In this document: positions 53,417 through 56,212 of the stretch, piece by piece
Position numbering within the stretch: position 1 is the stretch's first letter
How the letters are laid out: the number at the start of each line of letters is the position of its first letter
Assembly: GCA_038850285.1 (NCBI GenBank)
Contig: JAWCMA010000003.1
Span: 1 to 56,212 of the forward strand
Source of the DNA: Methanocellales archaeon
GTDB taxonomy: Archaea; Halobacteriota; JAWCLZ01
Length of the DNA: 56,212 nucleotides
Reading direction: 5' to 3'
Notes under the pieces: model-generated
Databases searched by the model: none
Seen by the model: only the letters and a program-made list of their open reading frames with translations
Told to the model about the DNA's origin: nothing
Position numbers and translations under genes: made by a program

Positions 53417-54442
53417 ATGTTTAAGAAAGTGGTGAGAGAAGCGAGGTTTAAAAACCATTTAAAAGGCTTTGAACTGGATATTCAGCAGATTGAATATAGA
53501 AAAGATCCCTTGCTAAATAGGTGGTGCAGAATAAATGTACTTCGAGCTCAAAGGAGAAAGGAATTTATAGCTCGTTCAGATATCTCAGAGTTGATCAAGA
53601 GCTCAGCCGAGAAATGCTACTTCTGCCCTGATAGAATTCAAACTCAAACACCCATGTTCGCTGAGGAAATCGCTCCTGAGGGTAGAATCAGCGTGGGGGA
53701 GAGCACTGTCTTTCCAAACCTAAATCCTTTTGCGCAGTATCACGCAGTTGCAACTATCACTCAAAAGCATTATTTAAGGCTGGAGGACTTCACGGAAAAG
53801 CAAATTCGAGATACAATAATAGCGAGCTTGGAGTATATAAAGCGGGTGAATAAATTTGATGGAAAAGCGAAATTTTCCACTTTAAACTGGAATTATCTAC
53901 CCCCATCTGGAGCGAGCATAGTTCATCCGCATGTTCAAATCACAGTGGATCCACAGCCAACCTATTTCCTAGATTCCCTGCTTAAGGCAAGCAGTCGCTA
54001 TTATCGCAAGCATAAAGAGAACTTCTGGCATTGCCTATTAACTAAGGAGAAAGAAATTAACGAGCGATATATTGCGAGCATTGGAAGCACTGATTGGCTA
54101 GCGAGCTTTGTACCGCTTGGAAATAATGAAGTGAGCATTATTTTTAAGGATATAGCTTCCATAGTTGAGCTAACCCCTAATTTAATTCAAGATTTTGCCA
54201 TTGGATTGAAAAAAGCACTCTATGCTTACTCCTGCTTTAGCGTGGAGAGCTTCAACTTAAGTTTTTACTCTGCACCTGTAAATGACACCAAAGCCTATTG
54301 CTTGAATGCCAAGCTTATCTCTAGACCGAGGTTGAATTATTATTATACTAACGACGCAGGCTTCATGGAGAGATTGCACAGCGAAGTTGTGGTTGAATCA
54401 AGTCCGGAAGCGATCGCTATGGAGATGAAGCAGTTCTTTTAA
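53417..54442 (+). CDS. GalT-like nucleotidyltransferase (galactose-1-phosphate uridylyltransferase / HIT branch III)
   Basis: Zinc motif CYFCP and the active-site HPHVQ (HxHxQ). Confidence 0.85.
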   Translation: MFKKVVREARFKNHLKGFELDIQQIEYRKDPLLNRWCRINVLRAQRRKEFIARSDISELIKSSAEKCYFCPDRIQTQTPMFAEEIAPEGRISVGESTVFPNLNPFAQYHAVATITQKHYLRLEDFTEKQIRDTIIASLEYIKRVNKFDGKAKFSTLNWNYLPPSGASIVHPHVQITVDPQPTYFLDSLLKASSRYYRKHKENFWHCLLTKEKEINERYIASIGSTDWLASFVPLGNNEVSIIFKDIASIVELTPNLIQDFAIGLKKALYAYSCFSVESFNLSFYSAPVNDTKAYCLNAKLISRPRLNYYYTNDAGFMERLHSEVVVESSPEAIAMEMKQFF

Positions 54443-54524
54443 CGGCTTTAAAGACTAAGGGCTAAAGGCTAAAGTCTTAAAGGCGCAAGTTATTTAAGCG
54501 TGAAATAAAATTCACCATACCTGA

Positions 54525-56212
54525 ATGAAAAACGGTGTATTTGTAGTAGAAGTATCCTTTGAAGTAGCCAATAAAGTCGGTGGAATCTATACCGTGCTCG
54601 CTTCCAAAGCGAGCCAGATGATGAAGCATTTCCCAAACTATCTAGCAATAGGCTTCTATAATCCCTCTACCTCTCCCCAGGATTTCACATCAAAAACGCC
54701 CTCCATCGAGATGGAAAATGTACTTCGGGAATTAAGCAATGAAGGAATAATTGCACACTATGGGATATGGATTGGGGGGAGCAATGCTCCCTGTATCTTG
54801 CTTGAAACCCATAGATATATGAATGCAATTGTGGATCAAAATGACTTTTATCGAAGAATTAGCGATAGCACGCTTCCTGGAGCAAGCGTGAATCGCATTG
54901 CTTCGCATGTTATAAAGCGGCGTAACTGGGAGCTATTTAAAATCGATAGCTATCATACCCCTCTCAGTTATGATGAGCCAATTAGCTGGTCGGAGGCAGT
55001 TGGGCACTTGCTTGAATTGCTCGTAAAATCACCGCTATTTAAAGATAAAGAGATGGTGGTTTTTGCACATGAGTGGCTAAGCGCTGGGGTTATATTTAGA
55101 AAGAAGGCAAAGAACTTGAGCTATCGCACCATCTTCGTAACCCACGCTACTGTGAGTGGACGCGTGGAAAGCAGTTTGGGAATAGATATTGTTACAAAGA
55201 TGTCCAATGGACTTGCAAAGGGAGAGCAATTTCAAGTACAGAGCGCTTATGAACGGGGAATAGCAGCATTGCATTTAACCGAGGTGGCAGCAGCTAACAA
55301 TGCCGACCTCTTCGCCACAGTTTCCAAACTCGCTGCGAAAGAAGCCGAGTACTACCTCGGCAAAGCGCCTGATATAATCTTAACCAATGGCTTCGATATA
55401 ACTAAATATAAGAGTTTCAGCGAAATAAGGCGCACTCACTATGTTAACAGGGAAAAAATTCTAGGATTCATCGAAGCATTTTTCTCACCCTACTATGAAG
55501 TGGAAACCACGAACTGCATAATATTGACGACCTCAGGGAGGTATGAATTTAGAAATAAAGGCTTTGATCTCTTAATTGAAACCCTTGCAAAGCTAAATCA
55601 AGAGCTGAATAAGAGCAGAAACGCGAATCCAATCTATGCATTCTTCCTCGTGCCCTCAAATGTGAAAGGCATAAATAGCGAAGTACTCGATGCAATTATG
55701 TACTACCACGATGTAAAAGCCATGCTTGAGCCTATAGCTGAGTACTTTCAGAAGAGACTTGCAAATGCAATTGTGCAGAGAAAGTATACTTTGCTTAATA
55801 AAACTTTAAATGAATTAATAGGAGAAAGAATTGCACTACAAAGCTTCCTAGAGAAGGCAACAGCAACCACACCAGTGAGCATCGAAAAAAACTGCGCGCC
55901 GCTCTCGACTCACGACTATCTTTATTCTCCTGATCCAATAATAGACCATTGCTGGAATCTTGGATTGCGAAATGAAAAAGACGACGTGGTTAAGGTAATT
56001 GTTATACCCTCATATCTAAGCAAAAACAAACCACCGCTATTCCTCGATTACTTCGATTTCCTCAACGGCTGTGATATAGGCATATTTCCAAGTAAATACG
56101 AGCCTTTTGGCTTAACACCAGTGGAAGCCGCTGCCAACGGCTGCCTAGCGGTTACTACGGATTTAGCGGGATTTGGAATAGAACTCATCAACCTGGGTAA
56201 AGCGAGTGAGGA
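54525..56212 (+). CDS. glycogen synthase, GT3 (eukaryote-like) family, 3' end truncated by window edge
   Basis: Not in the ORF track because it is open to the window end. Hand translation gives MKNGVFVVEVSFEVANKVGGIYTVLASKA..., HEWLSAG, FVTHATVSGR, GRYEFRNKGFDLLIE, FPSKYEPFGLTPVEA. The frame was checked as open and in register at 56079. Confidence 0.88.
   Translation, partial: MKNGVFVVEVSFEVANKVGGIYTVLASKASQMMKHFPNYLAIGFYNPSTSPQDFTSKTPSIEMENVLRELSNEGIIAHYGIWIGGSNAPCILLETHRYMNAIVDQNDFYRRISDSTLPGASVNRIASHVIKRRNWELFKIDSYHTPLSYDEPISWSEAVGHLLELLVKSPLFKDKEMVVFAHEWLSAGVIFRKKAKNLSYRTIFVTHATVSGRVESSLGIDIVTKMSNGLAKGEQFQVQSAYERGIAALHLTEVAAANNADLFATVSKLAAKEAEYYLGKAPDIILTNGFDITKYKSFSEIRRTHYVNREKILGFIEAFFSPYYEVETTNCIILTTSGRYEFRNKGFDLLIETLAKLNQELNKSRNANPIYAFFLVPSNVKGINSEVLDAIMYYHDVKAMLEPIAEYFQKRLANAIVQRKYTLLNKTLNELIGERIALQSFLEKATATTPVSIEKNCAPLSTHDYLYSPDPIIDHCWNLGLRNEKDDVVKVIVIPSYLSKNKPPLFLDYFDFLNGCDIGIFPSKYEPFGLTPVEAAANGCLAVTTDLAGFGIELINLGKASE

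Overview
The window is a densely coding archaeal (euryarchaeote-like) chromosomal segment. Archaeal markers include geranylgeranylglyceryl-phosphate synthase, the RFC small subunit, aEF-1beta, RNA polymerase subunit N, ribosomal proteins L18e/L13/S9, archaeal-type phosphoglycerate mutase, and three tRNAs, two of which carry introns at the canonical 37/38 position. I support about 70 CDS. Housekeeping blocks are: an ABC exporter pair; NrdH-NrdD; GGGPS, an OCD-family dehydrogenase and DapF; AroA-AroC; ROK kinase and RFC; a four-subunit 2-oxoacid:ferredoxin oxidoreductase in delta-alpha-beta-gamma order; M29 and M42 peptidases; PdxT; PheA; peroxiredoxin; MetRS; a ClC channel; an MFS transporter; PspA; and a GalT-like gene next to a GT3 glycogen synthase that runs off the 3' edge. 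I saw no CRISPR array, transposase or integrase. The features most worth follow-up are: (1) a stand-alone, translationally coupled trio of type-IV-filament-type ATPase, polytopic platform protein and a KaiC/ArlH-like protein lacking the P-loop lysine, with no archaellin or pilin genes nearby; (2) a four-gene operon led by a second P-loop-degenerate KaiC-like protein, followed by an unknown 134-aa protein, a PIN-ATPase-KH protein and a mini zinc ribbon; (3) an AmmeMemoRadiSam-type radical SAM gene whose CxxxCxxC segment is displaced by compensating frameshifts; (4) three colinear in-frame PepSY-like ORFs separated by single stop codons; (5) a long structured purine-rich leader upstream of the MFS transporter inside an unusually long intergenic region; (6) a ferredoxin-type delta subunit with no canonical start codon, which the ORF track missed; and (7) a GC-rich stem-loop island upstream of metG. 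All family calls rest on motifs I read in the translations, not on searches. The functional interpretations of the unusual clusters are inference.
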